Source: Balanoglossus misakiensis (Eukaryota; Animalia; Hemichordata). Taken from it: DNA of 64,000 nt. The translations under genes were made by a program, and so were the position numbers. The stretch lies in assembly GCA_040954595.2 (NCBI GenBank), contig CM082594.2:5897862-5961861 (forward strand), read 5' to 3'. This document shows positions 13,801-28,800 of the stretch, in pieces (position 1 is the stretch's first letter; every line of letters begins with the position of its first letter). Under the pieces are notes generated by a model. That model had not been told where the DNA came from, made no database searches, and saw nothing but the letters and a program-made list of their open reading frames with translations.

Positions 13801-16800
13801 TGTAAATATTCCTGTTTTTGTAGCAAATTGCTTACTTTTAAATTGTGTCGCTTGGTAAAGATTACTTCGTGTCCTTTTCTAGGCTTCATCGCACTTTTCA
13901 AAAGGGAGATTCCAGCAAAATTTGAATGACAAAACCAAAAAATAAATGATCAGGTGTTCAACTCGTGCTGTTAAAAAACGTCATTCCTTGTTACTTCAAC
14001 AAGGAAAACCAACTCCGTGCTCGTTTCATCCACATGGAGTTTTTTGCGGCGTCGTAATTACTTTCAGCCTTTGATAAACGTGACAGTCGTAAAAATACAT
14101 TATTTTCAGCTGAAAAGGAACAGTCGGCCAAACGATTAGTGGTGTTTTTCTTCTTTTTAATGACGTGTTTACACCGACAACATCGCGATGCGAACACTGG
14201 GGATAATGACCGAAGTCTGCAGGTTGCCGAATTCTAATTTTTCGATGTTAGTCAATTATATGCTAAACTTCCATAGGTTTCTCATTGCCCACGAAGAAGT
14301 TATTGTACCGGAAATGGAAGCAATTTGTATGATAATCCAGATTAAGTAAAACGGTCTCTTCTCCATATACCAACACGGTTCAACAACTGCCCGTTCCGTA
14401 CGCATCTTGCCCACGGTCGCGCATGCAAATTTAGCCATAGTTACCATGGTCAGCGGAGTCTTAGCCAATCACAGACTTTCACTTGGTTGGAGTCACATCC
14501 TCAGAAGGTTTGCGTGCATTCTTGTACATATGTAAACAAGAGAGGAGAGTATCCCTTTAGCATCTTGATCAACCATCCTTAGTGTGCTCGTATTCCCTTT
14601 TCATATTTCGTACCCTAAATTTCGGCAAACATGTGATATATAGCCAAAATACGCCAAATCACAACTATAGTTGTCACTCTGAAGTTGGAATTCTGCTCAA
14701 CATAAAATGGAGGCAAATGTGAATTATAAATGTAATATATATATATGGTATTAAGGACAATATATTTATCGATGGGCAGTTTGGCACGTCAGCATGGTTT
14801 AAAAACAAAGCTCCATGCTTTTAAATGTAATCAAGCAAAGGCGCGACCTGATAACATTTTCTTGTGATCGATTTTTACAAAGCGTAAATGGTCCCTTTAC
14901 CATTCACTGATAAATGTATTAGCGAATAATCCCAGCAGTTGAGTTGAGTTGAGCAGTTGATGTATTAATGTGAGGGGTTGCAGAGTGCTTGGAAATAATA
15001 TGAATATGCACGCGAATGAATATGTAACTATGTCTATATTGCCGGATGTAAAGAAAACATGTTTCGACTAATGTGGGTGTTTTAATACTGGGAGATATTA
15101 TTGTTTGATGTGGTTAGACTGTGTGACACAGTCTCGGTCAAAGGTCGGTTTAAGGCATTTTTGTCACCCCCTCTTAGATATCAAATGGTTCATCCCTAAT
15201 GCACGCTTTATTATATCATTGACTGACGATGTACGTTTCATTCAATTATAAAGGAAGCTTTCAAGACATGATTTTCCCTGCGATAAAGCTTCTCCGATAT
15301 TATATCGATGCCGCGTTTACATTGGCATTTGTTTTCAAAGAGAAGCCCTCGATATATAACGCGCGACATTTACTCGCTGATCTGCCAACTCGAAATGTAT
15401 CAGCGTACTTAACAGGCAGGAAATGAATTCTATTTACAAGTTTCCGCGCTGCAAGTACCGAGCCGTTTGTCGCTCTTCCGTCGACGGGCGAAATCAAAGC
15501 GATGGCCCCGGGGCCTGAATCACACACGGGGGATGGGACAGAAGACAGTGACATTTCTGGAAAAAGACCCGACCGTATTGTCGACTACTTTTCGCGCAAG
15601 TATCGCCCTCAGCGCGTTTGTTTCCTTGCGTCCACAAAGCTCTGATTGTCGGGGGAATTGGACACGGCCCCCCTTGATCGTGCTGCACACCACGCGTTAC
15701 ACAAAACATCATCCCGATATTCTTTGAAAGCTGAGTGTGTTCACTAGGGTGTTTAAATAGTCAAGGCATCAATCGAAATATATAATGATGTGGTATTGTA
15801 GTAGAGCAGTGAGCTACGGTATTAACCATATAGACCCTGGAACGTACAAAAACATTTTTGTTTTGTTTTTCTCCGATTCGCTTTGTTTTTTCCTGTACTG
15901 TACTGTACTGTACTGTACTGTACTGTACTGTACTGTACTGTACTGTACTGTACTGTACTGTACTGTACTGTACTGTACTGTACTGTACTGTACTGTAGCC
16001 AATTCTTACCACTGTGCAGTTGTTACTTGCCCTATATCTTTGTGCGTATACTTTCCGCAATGAAACTGACACTACGAGATGCTTACTACAGAGATGAAAC
16101 GGACGCATCCAGAAGTTGACAGCGCTTATCCAAGCACGCCAGCTCTGCTGATAGATTCGAGTCGTCACTTATCTGTTTGGCTGTCGCGGACAGACATGCC
16201 CCAAGTAATCTAGTACACGATTCTCCATCAACCGCGTTTTCTGATGATAAACGACTGATTTAAAATGGAAAGGTTTTGCTAGGGCTCGTACTCCAGACAG
16301 CCATTATTAACCTAGTATCTTCTTTAATCATTCCCTTGTAGAAATATTTCATTTTGAATTATTCTCTTACTTGGGTAATTGGCCAGTGCTTAATCCTCTC
16401 TTAAAGTAATGAATCGATAAATTAAATTTTCAACAAAATGCGAAATAAATCTTTAGCTCAGTTATAAAAAAAATGAATGTTCACATAGAATCTAGAAAAG
16501 GCTAAGTTCAAATTCGCCAAGCATCACCAATATATATCATTTTGCCTTTGGGACACTCAAGACTTGCCAAAAGCGAGTAATCATCAGATATTTATATAAT
16601 TGGACCTTCCATTTTAGGCTTGCCGAAGCAGCATGCACCCTTATTATACTGTACCTTTGGGGGGACTGTGGCGATAGACTGCAAACGACGATGGAGTCGT
16701 GCGGTGAACTCGCCTAACCTGTCTACTGAGTGGAGCCCTGGTGCCTTGAAGTTAACCCTTTGAACGCCTATCTGTCAAAATGTCATTTTCTCTCATTTCC

Positions 16801-19800
16801 CCCTTAATTTTAGACCAAGTGGACATACGTATCCACTGTCTTCAGGTCCTAATCAAAATTGGAGAAAATATGCGGAAAAAGTTATGAGGGTTTTACATTT
16901 TTGAAAGATGACGACAAGTTAATATGGCGTTCAAAAGGTTAACATTATTATCGATCGACGAGCCATTTCAGTAGTGCTGGAACTGAAAACATCACCGCGA
17001 AGACGGCCAGCTGCTTCTCTTTGACGAGGTCTTCGTTTGAAAAGATAGCTATGGACAGATATGTATATTAGCGAAAAAAGATGTTCCTCAGACTGTCATT
17101 TCAACATTCCTTTCAGCATTGTGCTGTAAGTTGCAAGCATCTCAGCACAGTTCTTATAACCGACAAAAATACATGAAATCCGATTATGGATGTTGCATTT
17201 TGGCATGATGTCTCTACAGGACGTTTTAGTAAGCCTTCACAGAGAGTAAGTTGTGAAATCCGTTTTAATGAGGGAAACAGACTTTATATGAACTTTGATC
17301 TGACATACAAACTCACCCATAATACATACAGGTGTTGCGTGTACCCGATGTCATATTGATAAATTTTTAATCTTTTAATAGACTCAACATAAATTCATAT
17401 TTGACAGTCAAATGATATAATTTCGTACTTATAGTGACACAACAACAAACTATTTACAAAACCATGTAGAGGAACCTAAAATAAAATATTGCACTCTTAA
17501 ATGACAGACCAAAACTGAAAGATTATTCATCGATTTTCAGACATCCCCCACCCTCAAACAGGAATAAAACGGAAGTCGCCCATTACCTCATTCCCAGTAG
17601 CTCACCGTCTGTCTCTGTAGACACGCATCCCAAGATGCCCTGCCGTGCAACCACTGCGACTGTCCACGTTTTATCACAAGGTGCGGGCAAGGTGATTGAT
17701 GAATATAGGTATAAAGTACATACCTAATGATACTTACACATCAGCCAGGCTTGTCTTGGATCGGAACTATTTGGCAATGGAAAGCGGGTCATTTCCTTAA
17801 CGCAGGCCTGTATCTCTCAAAGGATCACGTGCGCAAATTTGACAGATTGCTAAATCTAGCCACGCAAGCAACTCGAGGGTAATGTTGTAGCGCTACATGC
17901 AGATATCAGGCAAAAAAAATTTCGATGGTAAATGTATCTGCAAAAAAGTTTTATATTGAATATCAGAAAATTTGACCATCATAGTAAGCGCATGCGCATT
18001 ACACGATTCCCTGCGTCACCTGCAGGGCGTCAACCACCAAATCAAATGCGAGATCTTCCTTAATTTGCCCGATCAGCCGCAAACGTGTCAGCCACAAATG
18101 GAAGTCGATGCTGCAGACAACAAAAACCGTATATTCCCATAGATGCCGAACAATGATATTCGTAAATCAATATTCTGAAGGTTAAACGTAGCGCTTTGAT
18201 TCGCGATAATAATACGGTGCCGTGGCATAAGCAAAGAAGTCAAGATCAAAATTTGATATCATATTTCCGTTTCGCTTTGATTGGCTGGTAACAGACTTTT
18301 GAGCATGAAAACTATTTTCAAAAGTGGATGGTGGGATTATGCATGGACCAATTAACCCGCTTGGCTTCGAAAACTGTAATCTCATCGGTTCTGTGTAATC
18401 ATATCGGGGCCGGTTGCAACACGAGTATATTTGGTTGATTGGTAATTGCCGCGATGATGCGTGATGTAATCCGGTGAAAAATATGTTTTGGTAACCACAG
18501 CTTTTGAAATAGTTAATACATGTTCATCGAGTGAACAGCGTTCCTGAAATACCTTTCGGTGTGCGCGGTCGTCATCAACTAATCTTGCGCATGCTCTTGT
18601 GATAAAAGATGACCATCATACACACCTTCCGTCCCGCTTGTAGACACGAGAGTGAAAAATCTCGCCAAAATGAATAATCGGTCTCTACCATTTATTCGTT
18701 TTGGGTGAGATTTTACTCTCATATCATACAAGCGGGGTGGAAGTTGTGTGTGGTTTAACGTTCATTCACTACATACATACACATGTACCTTAACATAAAC
18801 GGTGTCTTGTATCAAACATAATTAATGGAAAATTGGCAGCGAGAGAGAGACTTTGTCCCTTTAATCACGCTTCTGAGATGTTAGCCACGTGACACTTTGG
18901 AAGACATTCACAAAGTGATTTTATTATCACGTGAATAACTTCCATATGTTGATATTTCCGCAGTGTTGTGGAAAACTCCCGTAAGTGGGAGTTACATGAA
19001 AAACGACAAGAGCTTGAGAAAACAATATCCCGATCTCCGATTAAATGTCCGCCGTTCCTTCCTGTCTCGCAATGTCCATTTCAAGTGAAATTAATCACGC
19101 CAGATAAATCAATCAAATGGGCGTTTTGCCAAGACTGACAGGATTAAATAGTTCGACAAATGTTGCGTGTGCGGTTTTAATTTCCGATAATACTCATCGA
19201 AGGCAGTAAATGGACAGGTTCTGTAAAGTTGTTGATTAGCGGCGCGTTTATGGGGCCTTCTGATGATTTCATTCGAAGGACGATTAAGCATCTTCGCCAC
19301 TTTGAGTTTAATGTGCTTGCGCGGTGAGACGCAATCAGCGGTACGATAATAACGACGGCACTTTTTTATCGGTTTCCTGTCTACCGCGTTCCCAAATAGC
19401 CGAATTAGGTATTTAATCATTCCCGTGCTTGGCCTATCAATCCTTCTCTGTATGTGAATGCAAACGAGGAAGTAATGGGTAAAATCTAAATATAAAACGC
19501 AGAAAATTAAAAACCATGGGTGTATTATGTACACTCAATCTGACGGCATAGCCAATTGAAAATGACACTCTTAAATGTAACTTCAGATGAAGGGAGATTA
19601 TTATGAATTGGCAAATTTGATGGTAACTGGTAGGGCTTCTGACATGTTTTAACCCTTGAATAACTATCCCAGTTTCACCTTCTTAAAATGTTTCCTCATC
19701 TGCCATATTCACATTCCGTCGACACGCTGGGCAGCTGATCTTTTCACCGCCCAGAAATGGCTTTGATTTGTATAGTGGGTTACACTAACTTATCAAAGGC

Positions 19801-22800
19801 ACTGTATCGATCTGCGCGGCCGTGTTCTCAACTAGGTCATACTGAGCACGGTTTTCGAGAGAGAGGAATATAATTGATCACATAAACAGCTGCAAGATTA
19901 CGTCAAGAGGCTGAAATCACAATAATTTCATGGCCGGTGAGGTCACAAACCATTAAAGACCTTCGCGAGTATATCAAACCGTTAAACTCGGTCAGTCAGT
20001 CAGTCAGTCAGTCAGTGTTTTGTTTGTGTGCGTGTGTACATACGTACGTACGTCAGTGCTATGCTACCCTGGTGTATTTTGAAGTCATATCGATATACGC
20101 ACATAATTATTTGACGCTACATTGAAAAACTTAAACTACGGAAACGCGTATTACACCAAGCGGAAAACATCTGATCCACCACAGAACTTTGAATGCATTA
20201 CTGATTTTGATGAGACGATATATACAAAGAGGGACACTGAAGTGTACAATTCCAATGTATCATTATCACTTTTTTCATAATCCAATGGCTTTGGTATATT
20301 GCATTGGGGGGGGGGGGTTGTACAAGAGCGTGGGCTGAAAACAAAACAGAACTCCGAATGGAAAGTAATGTACTGTTAGATTTCCCGTCAACCGTTAAGA
20401 GTTGCAGCAATTGACTGCGATATCCAAAAATCGTGGCGAGACGCCAATTTCCTGGCCGTGTCCAATAAAGAGGCTTCTTCACACGCGGAGCCTGCGATGC
20501 AGAAGGGAAATATTAGAAATCAATTGCGCGGAGGGGGCTGGGCTTAGTCAGGCATATTAACACTTCCCCTATCACGTCGAGATTATCTCCGTAGACCGCA
20601 CTCGGCGTTGAACACGTAGTGCATTCAAGCCCCTTTTCTATAGCACCAGGCTGTCGCCTCGAAAACGAAGTGAAACAGATATAACACGTCGATTTTCAGG
20701 ATAAGAGAGTTGTTTGTGTCCCGCCACGCGTGAAACATCGCCAGCCGCCGAGAACAGACACCGGAAAGACCGCTTGTGTGGAACTTTAGAACGTCCTAGA
20801 TTGTTGTAGTTTGTTGAAATGCAAGTAGGCTGATGTCTAAGTCTTGCAAATAACTGTAGATGGACATAAAAATACTCGTTAAGGGAGAATCATTTTATTT
20901 CTTGGGGAGAGGGTGGAAGATTTTGGTATCAACAATTGTTTTAACCACTGTTACAGCGATTTTTTTATTCGATTATACTAGGCCACTTTTTCTTCAAGGC
21001 AAGACACTGCAGATGAAACAAGTGTTTTCCTCGGCACCATCTGCCAACAGTTTTTTCCCCCAAAACCCTCCATCCACCCCCAAAAATCAAATGGTTCCCT
21101 CCTTATTGAGCGTTGTTCATGCATAAAACGCAACCACTTTCACAATCAAAACTATTGAATACACTGGGACTAATTTCTTGATTATCTGACTTCGCTTCCC
21201 TCGCGAAACTTCCCCTAATGCATGCAACGATTTCAGAGTAACAACCTGTCGTCGAGGCAAAAAAATAAAAATAGAGTGACGCAGTCTCTTCTATTGATTT
21301 ATATTTGTATCGAACGAGATTTGTGAAACACGTTTCTTCAATCAGCCGACTAAGGCCTGCCAACTTACCCGCGTCAAAATCAATCCCGTCACCCGCAAAG
21401 ACCCATAGTCGTCAAAACGGTTTCTGTTATGATTCCGGTAAAAAAGATGCGTTGCTATTCAACTGTTCAATAACAAAGTTTCGACTTAACAGTACAAGAA
21501 CAGCGGAACAATCGACGATAACAGGTCTTCTTCTAGGAAGAGCACTTTGCTAAAATTAAACTTTGAAACGCCGAAGTTTTGTCACGTCATTGAAAACGCC
21601 TTGATGAGTAACAGCTGTGGAAATCTAACAAACGCATCGTCTTGAATAGGGATACAAATCGTGGCATGCTATGAACTACTTTACGATGAGCTACGACAAC
21701 TTGAATACACTTTGTTCAATGGTTCCATTCTTTCACAGGCCATGAATAACGTTGATAGTTTATTTTAGCAAATGATATCGCGTTTTAAGGACAGATGTGA
21801 TGATCATTGTGGTTTTTTCTGAATTTTAACGAGACAAAATCTCTTAAGAGTAAAACTACATGTATTTTCAACATCAGAAATGTTGTTTTGAGATCATAAC
21901 AGCACTTACTATACAACTTATACAAACTGTTCTCATCTCCCAAACGACCAAGGTAGAACACGCCTTTGCTGACTTGAGTAATACTTTCATTAGGTACATG
22001 TTGAGTTGTTGTAAATGCTACCTGTTGTCCCGAAGAACCGGCGAGGGATACCGTATTAATGACTTCACTCTTAAGTTTCAAACTGGAAACACCAGGTGTG
22101 TATTGCCCGTGAAACTGTAATACGGTGTGATACAAGACGTTCCGGTTGCGTTTGCTGGCAGCGTCGCGTACAAGCTTGGATACTGGATACAACGAAGAGA
22201 ACATGTTTCGTTTTGGCAAACGGGGATCGTATGATCGTTAGAAATTCATGCCTTAAAACGACGGGATTAAATTTACTAAGTTATTAATTTCTGAGATTTC
22301 GCTCATATTTCAACAGCATCCACCTATTCTCAAATCGTTTCAAATCTCATATTAATTTTCTTGGAAAACCCGTAATGTTAGATCAAGATAATCTTGAGCA
22401 AATTTTTGGTGCGACAAATGTTCTCTTCACAATGTCATTTACGGCCATTTTATTGTGATTTAGAACTAAACGCACACAGACTAGATAATCCGCACAGATT
22501 TCATAACCGGGGAATAACAGACACCGTGGTATGTAATCTGTGTTACATCATCGACGTTGCAATATCCGGTACAGTCTCTCATTCGCCTGAAAAAAACCCG
22601 TAATATTCCTTTAAATTGCTACTCGGAGCTCGAGGCACACCCGTGACGTAACGATTTTTGAAGCGATCGGATTGCGAGACCCAGATGCCTGAATTGGCCA
22701 TCTGCAAAGGTCGACCTGTTGTCAGTTGTGGGCTGTACGTCACGGTTTCCGCGCTGACTCATTGGCCAGAAACTCTTGCTGCGGTTTTTGTCTCTCAGCG

Positions 22801-25800
22801 GGGAGCTCTGAAGGTACATCGCTCTACCGGCTCACAGGAGCACGAAAGTGCAAACATAATTTATTAATCTGCACGATGTGGTCGGTCAGAAACGAGTCGC
22901 CCAGGCGCGTGAAACAAGAACCAGATCTTGTCACGCTGTTCCCATTACCTCTCTTGTTCTCGTCAAAACACGAGTGTTCAGCACGTTCTTTATTACACTG
23001 TCGGTCACTGGTTCAACGTTAAAACTGTATCTGTAAAACATTAGCGCTTTTGCAATTAACGTCTCTAGACTGTGAACACCTTGCAAGGTTTCAAAGTTTT
23101 ACGCCTGTGATGGTCACTTGTGACGCATTCGCATCTTGCCTGGCGATAATATTAGATTGTACTCTATTAGGTTCGTTAAAGATTTTCGAAACTACATTTA
23201 AATTCAGGTTATCAGGCTACAACTTTTGTTTTACCAAAAGGGAATTTGACTTGATAGTTTAATGAATACTATTATTGTCTGTAAAGGGCATTTGCCAAGA
23301 AATGTGAAATGTTAAAGGTTGATTTGGATTAATCGTGACGATTTCTCCCTGCTTTGGGGTAAAACGATATCTCTGGAAGCCACTAGGGAACATTATTTAT
23401 TTATTTCTGTACAATTGGGAAAAAAATCAGGACAGGGTCGGATTTTGCCCAGACAGACACAGGGGACCAGTTACATCGTTAAGTAATCGGCATTTCTCGT
23501 GACGCTTCTGCCCACCGTTTGCAATTAATGACATTTCCCTGAGCGTTTACCTGCTCGATTCTGCTCGCGCTAAGCCGACACGCGCTGAAGGACCACGCTG
23601 TCGCGTACGCCCAAAATAGCAACGACCCAATGGCATTGACCGTCGATTGCGCCAATTTGAACTTAATGGGATCTTGCATCCTCGTTTTTTGCTGTGACAT
23701 TTATATGTTACACTGATTGATGTAGCGAACGAGCCCGCGGTGGGTAGGCGAGGTACATGTAGGCGTCGCCAGACATGACGTCTGGGCAGCCGACATGATG
23801 TGTGAAGTGTGTGAAATGTCGCACAGTGCTCTGCCAAATTACAGCGAAATGTGTGAAAATTCAATCAACACCTTCTTTAAGAAAAGACAGGGTACCCCGT
23901 GCCTATACGGCTCGTCCAATGACCCCTTGTCTACACACGGCCGTACTTTGTCAACTTATATGCTTATGTGCAATTTGTTATTTTTACCGAGTTACACAGT
24001 GAACATAGAAGTTTGTCGGAGCCAATAATGGTTACACAGGTGAATAAATATTTGAAGTGTAAACTGCTGACAGTTAACGAAATTCTCAATGCCTGTCATA
24101 CACAGTACGTTATTATGAAAGAACAGCGAGAAATGCCAGCTGAAAAATTGAATTCCGACCCAGCACCATTACAAGGCGGCGGATGTGTACTAGTTTCATA
24201 TGAAAATGCCTTAAACGTGTCGCGTTGCAAAAATTTACATCGTGTGCGTATATAAGTCCAAATCATTGATCCGAATTTACCGTTAAAATTGTCCGAGTCA
24301 GTATATAAATTGAAAACATTAATTTCATTGTTTGGACCATAGGTATGACAATGCTTCATGAAACACTGAAATTTAAAACGCTTTTAACTGAGTCAAGAAA
24401 ATCGGCGTTGTTCCTGTAAGCAAGTACAGCATACATGTACTTAGTAATAGACTCCAGACTCTCGACCGAAGTTAATTGCAGTGATGTTATAGCGATGTGT
24501 AACGGGAGAACGGGGACCCAATTATATTCTCTGTCTAAGAGGGGCTTTTAGTTCTTTAAATACAGATGAGTTGTCCTTAAATACACTTGCTGTGGTTAAG
24601 TGACTGGTATTATATAAAATACCGGTAATAACGGTTCGCTTGAAGGGTAAGCGGATGTCTGTGTTGTTTAGTAATGTCTCCTTTGAATTCTTGCCGATTG
24701 CCCGGATGTTAGAGGGTGTACTGCCGTTGTTTTCTGTTTTCTTGGGGGGGGGAGAGAGAGACGAGCAGGGAAGACACTGCACCAGGGTTCATATTACGAT
24801 GTGATTTATCTGAGTGCTTTCCACGCGAGACATTGCACTGCTGTAGGAAAATACCGTGCTGTACTCCCTTATTCAAGAGTGATGCAACGTTATTCTGTAA
24901 CTATCTCTTGATATTCATTTGAAAGGAGCAACGAACGCTCGGGCTTATTTTTTTATCAGCGCAATGCAATTTATATTAATGAAACAAACCTGGCTGGCAA
25001 AGGCTTGCCGTGAGGACTCAATCATTATTGCTTTTTAAATAATTGAATCTATAATAAAGATACCGGGAGGAGTTTTTTGGGGATTGGAAGGAGATAACTG
25101 CTTTTAAAGTACCGTGCATTACCCTTTGAAGTAAGCCCAACACTTAACTATAAGTTGCACATCGCCCGATTTGGTGCTTTTCGTAAAACTGTTAGCTTAT
25201 ACTGTCTTCACTGTGAACAGGGTGTGGTTAGGTGCAATCTCAGTACCGCATTGCAGAATCAGTCACGACTGAATGATCAATGATTACTACGTCATGCGCC
25301 AAGTGTCGCCATGGCACCCAGGAATTCACCCCGAAGTATTTTTCATTTCATTATTAATAATGGCCGCCGTATGGTGAAACTTCTTGTAGAACACATGGGA
25401 GTTTGTTTTGCAAGAATTCTTTTGCGAGAGTTTGTCTGCCTAGTTTGGGGCGGATTGTGTGTGTATATATGTACGTACGTACATGTATGTATGTGTGTTA
25501 GATGGTAGCCTTTATGTAATAAATCATTCAACTTTTCATCAAGTCCACCTCCGCCACCATCAAACGATTCCCTCAATAATTCCATCGACAGGCACAATAT
25601 TGAAGCGTCGTTATGATTGTGGCCACATGGGGTGTACATCACCTACTATTGAGCGAAACATATTTCAGCGTGTATGGCAACTTCCGTCTGAGCCATCGGT
25701 GAACCCCCAGCGACCACTTGGGTGAATCCACACAGACATCGGCTCGTCACGCGGCCATAAATAATATTCCCGACCGCCATTTGTTGAGATCACAACGTTG

Positions 25801-28800
25801 AAAATTCCATTAAATTGCCCCGCGGGCCAGATGGCACCACTAATTGCGTCATAAAACCCGCGACATCAATTACGCGAACACTATTCTCGCACGAGGTGAC
25901 ATTTGATCTCTTAGTGAAATTTCACATGACGTGAATTATGGTTCATGACGTGAAGAGGGAGAGAGGCATCTTCAAGATTTCTTCTTGGCAAAGCGACATT
26001 GCTGAGAGATGTGATCTCCTGTGTTTACTCTCTCATCCTAACCAAACCAAACCAAACCAAATAAACCAAGCCAAACCAAACCAAAACAAAAGTCGTTTTA
26101 TCACACTGGACAGCCTTAGTACATACATGTACATGGCGATACCAGAAAAGGATGTTTGGGGTATGCAAGGTTTAGGGGTCACGAAGATGACCTATTAAAA
26201 ACATAAACAGCCATCGATGTTCCAATATCGTGTGATGCAAACTTGCCACACGACGTAATGATGTCAACGCGCGTAGCTGTGGGGGAAATTCTTGGAGAAA
26301 ATCAAACGTCAACAATAATTATAACCCATGCCTGTTGAACCAATATCAATTAGTATCAGTATCAACCAGCATCAATTTATTCTACTCAACATTACTGCAC
26401 ACAATATGTAATCTCTATAATTGTACATCATTTTGAGCGAATATTGCGCCTATATTTGATGTGAATAGGTTCAGCCCCCCCCCCCCTCCCGCCTGTGGAA
26501 CTCATAAACTAATGACAAGTGTACGCGCGTCTTAATCTGCAAAGATTTTAGAGTCAGTATCTCCATCTTCGTATTGAAGATTTTACTTCTCTTTAAGTGG
26601 TAGATGGTTTATCTAATGAACGTAAAATTCAAGTCTCTCTTTGTGGCAGGCAGCGCCTTGGCAAAAAAAGCCGCATCGAAAATAACCCTTAATGGGTATG
26701 TGAACGGACTAAAAGCATTTATTTTTTTCCCCAGCCAAAGAAAGGAATCAAAGATTTTCAGTGTAAGAGCTCCCCGCGATTATCGATCCATCTATCTTTA
26801 CGGCCTGGCGTGCCCAGATTAGTATCATGCTCTTTCATTTTCTGCTCGTATTTATAGCCATAATGAAACTCAAATTTGGCCACGAGCAGCGTTTATCATC
26901 ATTCGGCTCGCCCGCGAACTGGCAGAGTGAGACCGCAATATGCACGCACTCAACATGAATTTATATTACCAGATCCGCGGACTGTTACTCATAAAACCTG
27001 ATGATCTATGGGCAGAGGAAGATTGAAAAGGCTGATCTCCGTCTTTGATTTATCAACGTTAAGGAGAAAATGCCCCCTTTTCCTTTCTAATCTCTTGTAT
27101 GTATTTCCTCCACGTGTGCTGCATTCAAATAATTCCACTTTGATTCATGGGAAGGGCGCATTCCGTTAAAGCTAAGGGGTCAGTCATACTACAGGCTATC
27201 AAAATATACGCGGGGCATAGCAAACTTTGCTGGTCTGGGTGATGGGGTCACGTAGTTCCCAACAGTTCTTACTTCACATTTTGAACACTTTCAACCGAAC
27301 AAAAACATCGCATGAACATACACAGAAATTACTAAGCTGTCGTGTCTTTCAATACTGTTACAATTACAGCAGGTCGCGTTCAAAGCACAGGACTACACAC
27401 GACCAATCAGAATTCGTCTTACAACGATTAGTAGGTACAACTCATACGCATGCGTGATAAAACGCGCACGGAAATCAAAATGGCGTCGAGTGTGGGCCCT
27501 TTCATCGAAGCTATCGAGTCGCCAAATACATCGAACAACCTGCAACACAGCCTGAACTCGAGGACACTCTCCACCAGTTGGATGTTAAAGTTAGTCTTTA
27601 AATGTACATTGGTATGCGAAAAACCGCAGTGAATGTATTTGAAGGTCTACATTTATCAAATGTAAATGTAAATTGAAAATGATATAGCGTTAAACTGGAA
27701 CTTGAATGTCATGATCATATTTCGTTCGCCGAAAAAAAGTCAATAACGAGCGATATTTGTGAGAAAAAAAACAATTTCCAATGTACATTCACATTGATCG
27801 ATTTTTCCCCCTACTTCGTAATATAGAAATTAACAGCGGCGCCTTCAAAGCGCCTGCACTGAAAGTGTTGAAACCTCAACCGTGTGGAAAACCAGGCAGA
27901 GCAAAATGGAACAGGTCACGCATGTGTTTGACATAGTTCTCTGGTAGTTTATAAATGCATGTACCCCGTCATATAAATGGCGCCTTCGCGCGCACGTGGG
28001 GACTTGTCATCGATAGCGCGATTACCAGCTGCATCGGACCCGCAGGCCACGCTATTAAAGACGTGCAAAACGCGAGTCGATCTTCTGCTGCAAATCGAAT
28101 CAGCGCGGTTAACACTGCAAACAGACGCGCATGTCAATTGTTATTACTCACGGCCGAACGACACATTTTTACACAATTCAATCGGCAACCGTACCGAACA
28201 AAGTAAACGCTCCAAACCCCTAGCATTTTCAAATACCAACTCAAGCGAAAATAATTTCGAATCGGTAGTAAAACGTCTTGCAGCTTAAATCCATAGCATG
28301 TTTAATCCCCTCTTTTACAATAAATCGATTTTCAGTTACAAAGAACCGATTAAATCAACCGATTAATATTTACCACTGCGGTGTTAAATGCGAGCTTTGT
28401 AAACGTATATTTGTTCCCAGCCGACTCTCTTGAACGTAACCGCGAACATATTGTTGATTTGAAATTTCTTGTCACGATCCCTTCCACTGAATGGTTTTTC
28501 CCAGAAAACTTTCACACTCGCGTGCGCTATAATTCGAACTGTAATGCAATATATGATATTTCCATATCAATTTGCGTAACTCACTGGGCATATTTGTTGA
28601 AATTATCCACGCTTTCTGCTATTAGTTGCCGGGAAATTTCATTTGACCCCAGTTGTCAGTTTACGCTCCGTCGGACGCGGTGCAAATGTGGCAATCTTCC
28701 GCATTGGCAGATTTTCCAGGGAGTGTAATGGTGGTTACCGAGGCAACCTGGCTGTTCACTCTTGCCGAAATAATGCAACCCGGGGCCAATGTACATAACA

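Noticed and set aside
21785-28300. Intronic ORFs of 60-144 aa (for example 21785-22219 on minus, 27977-28288 on plus)
   Set aside because: No recognisable motifs, codon bias or linked splice structure; lengths are compatible with chance.
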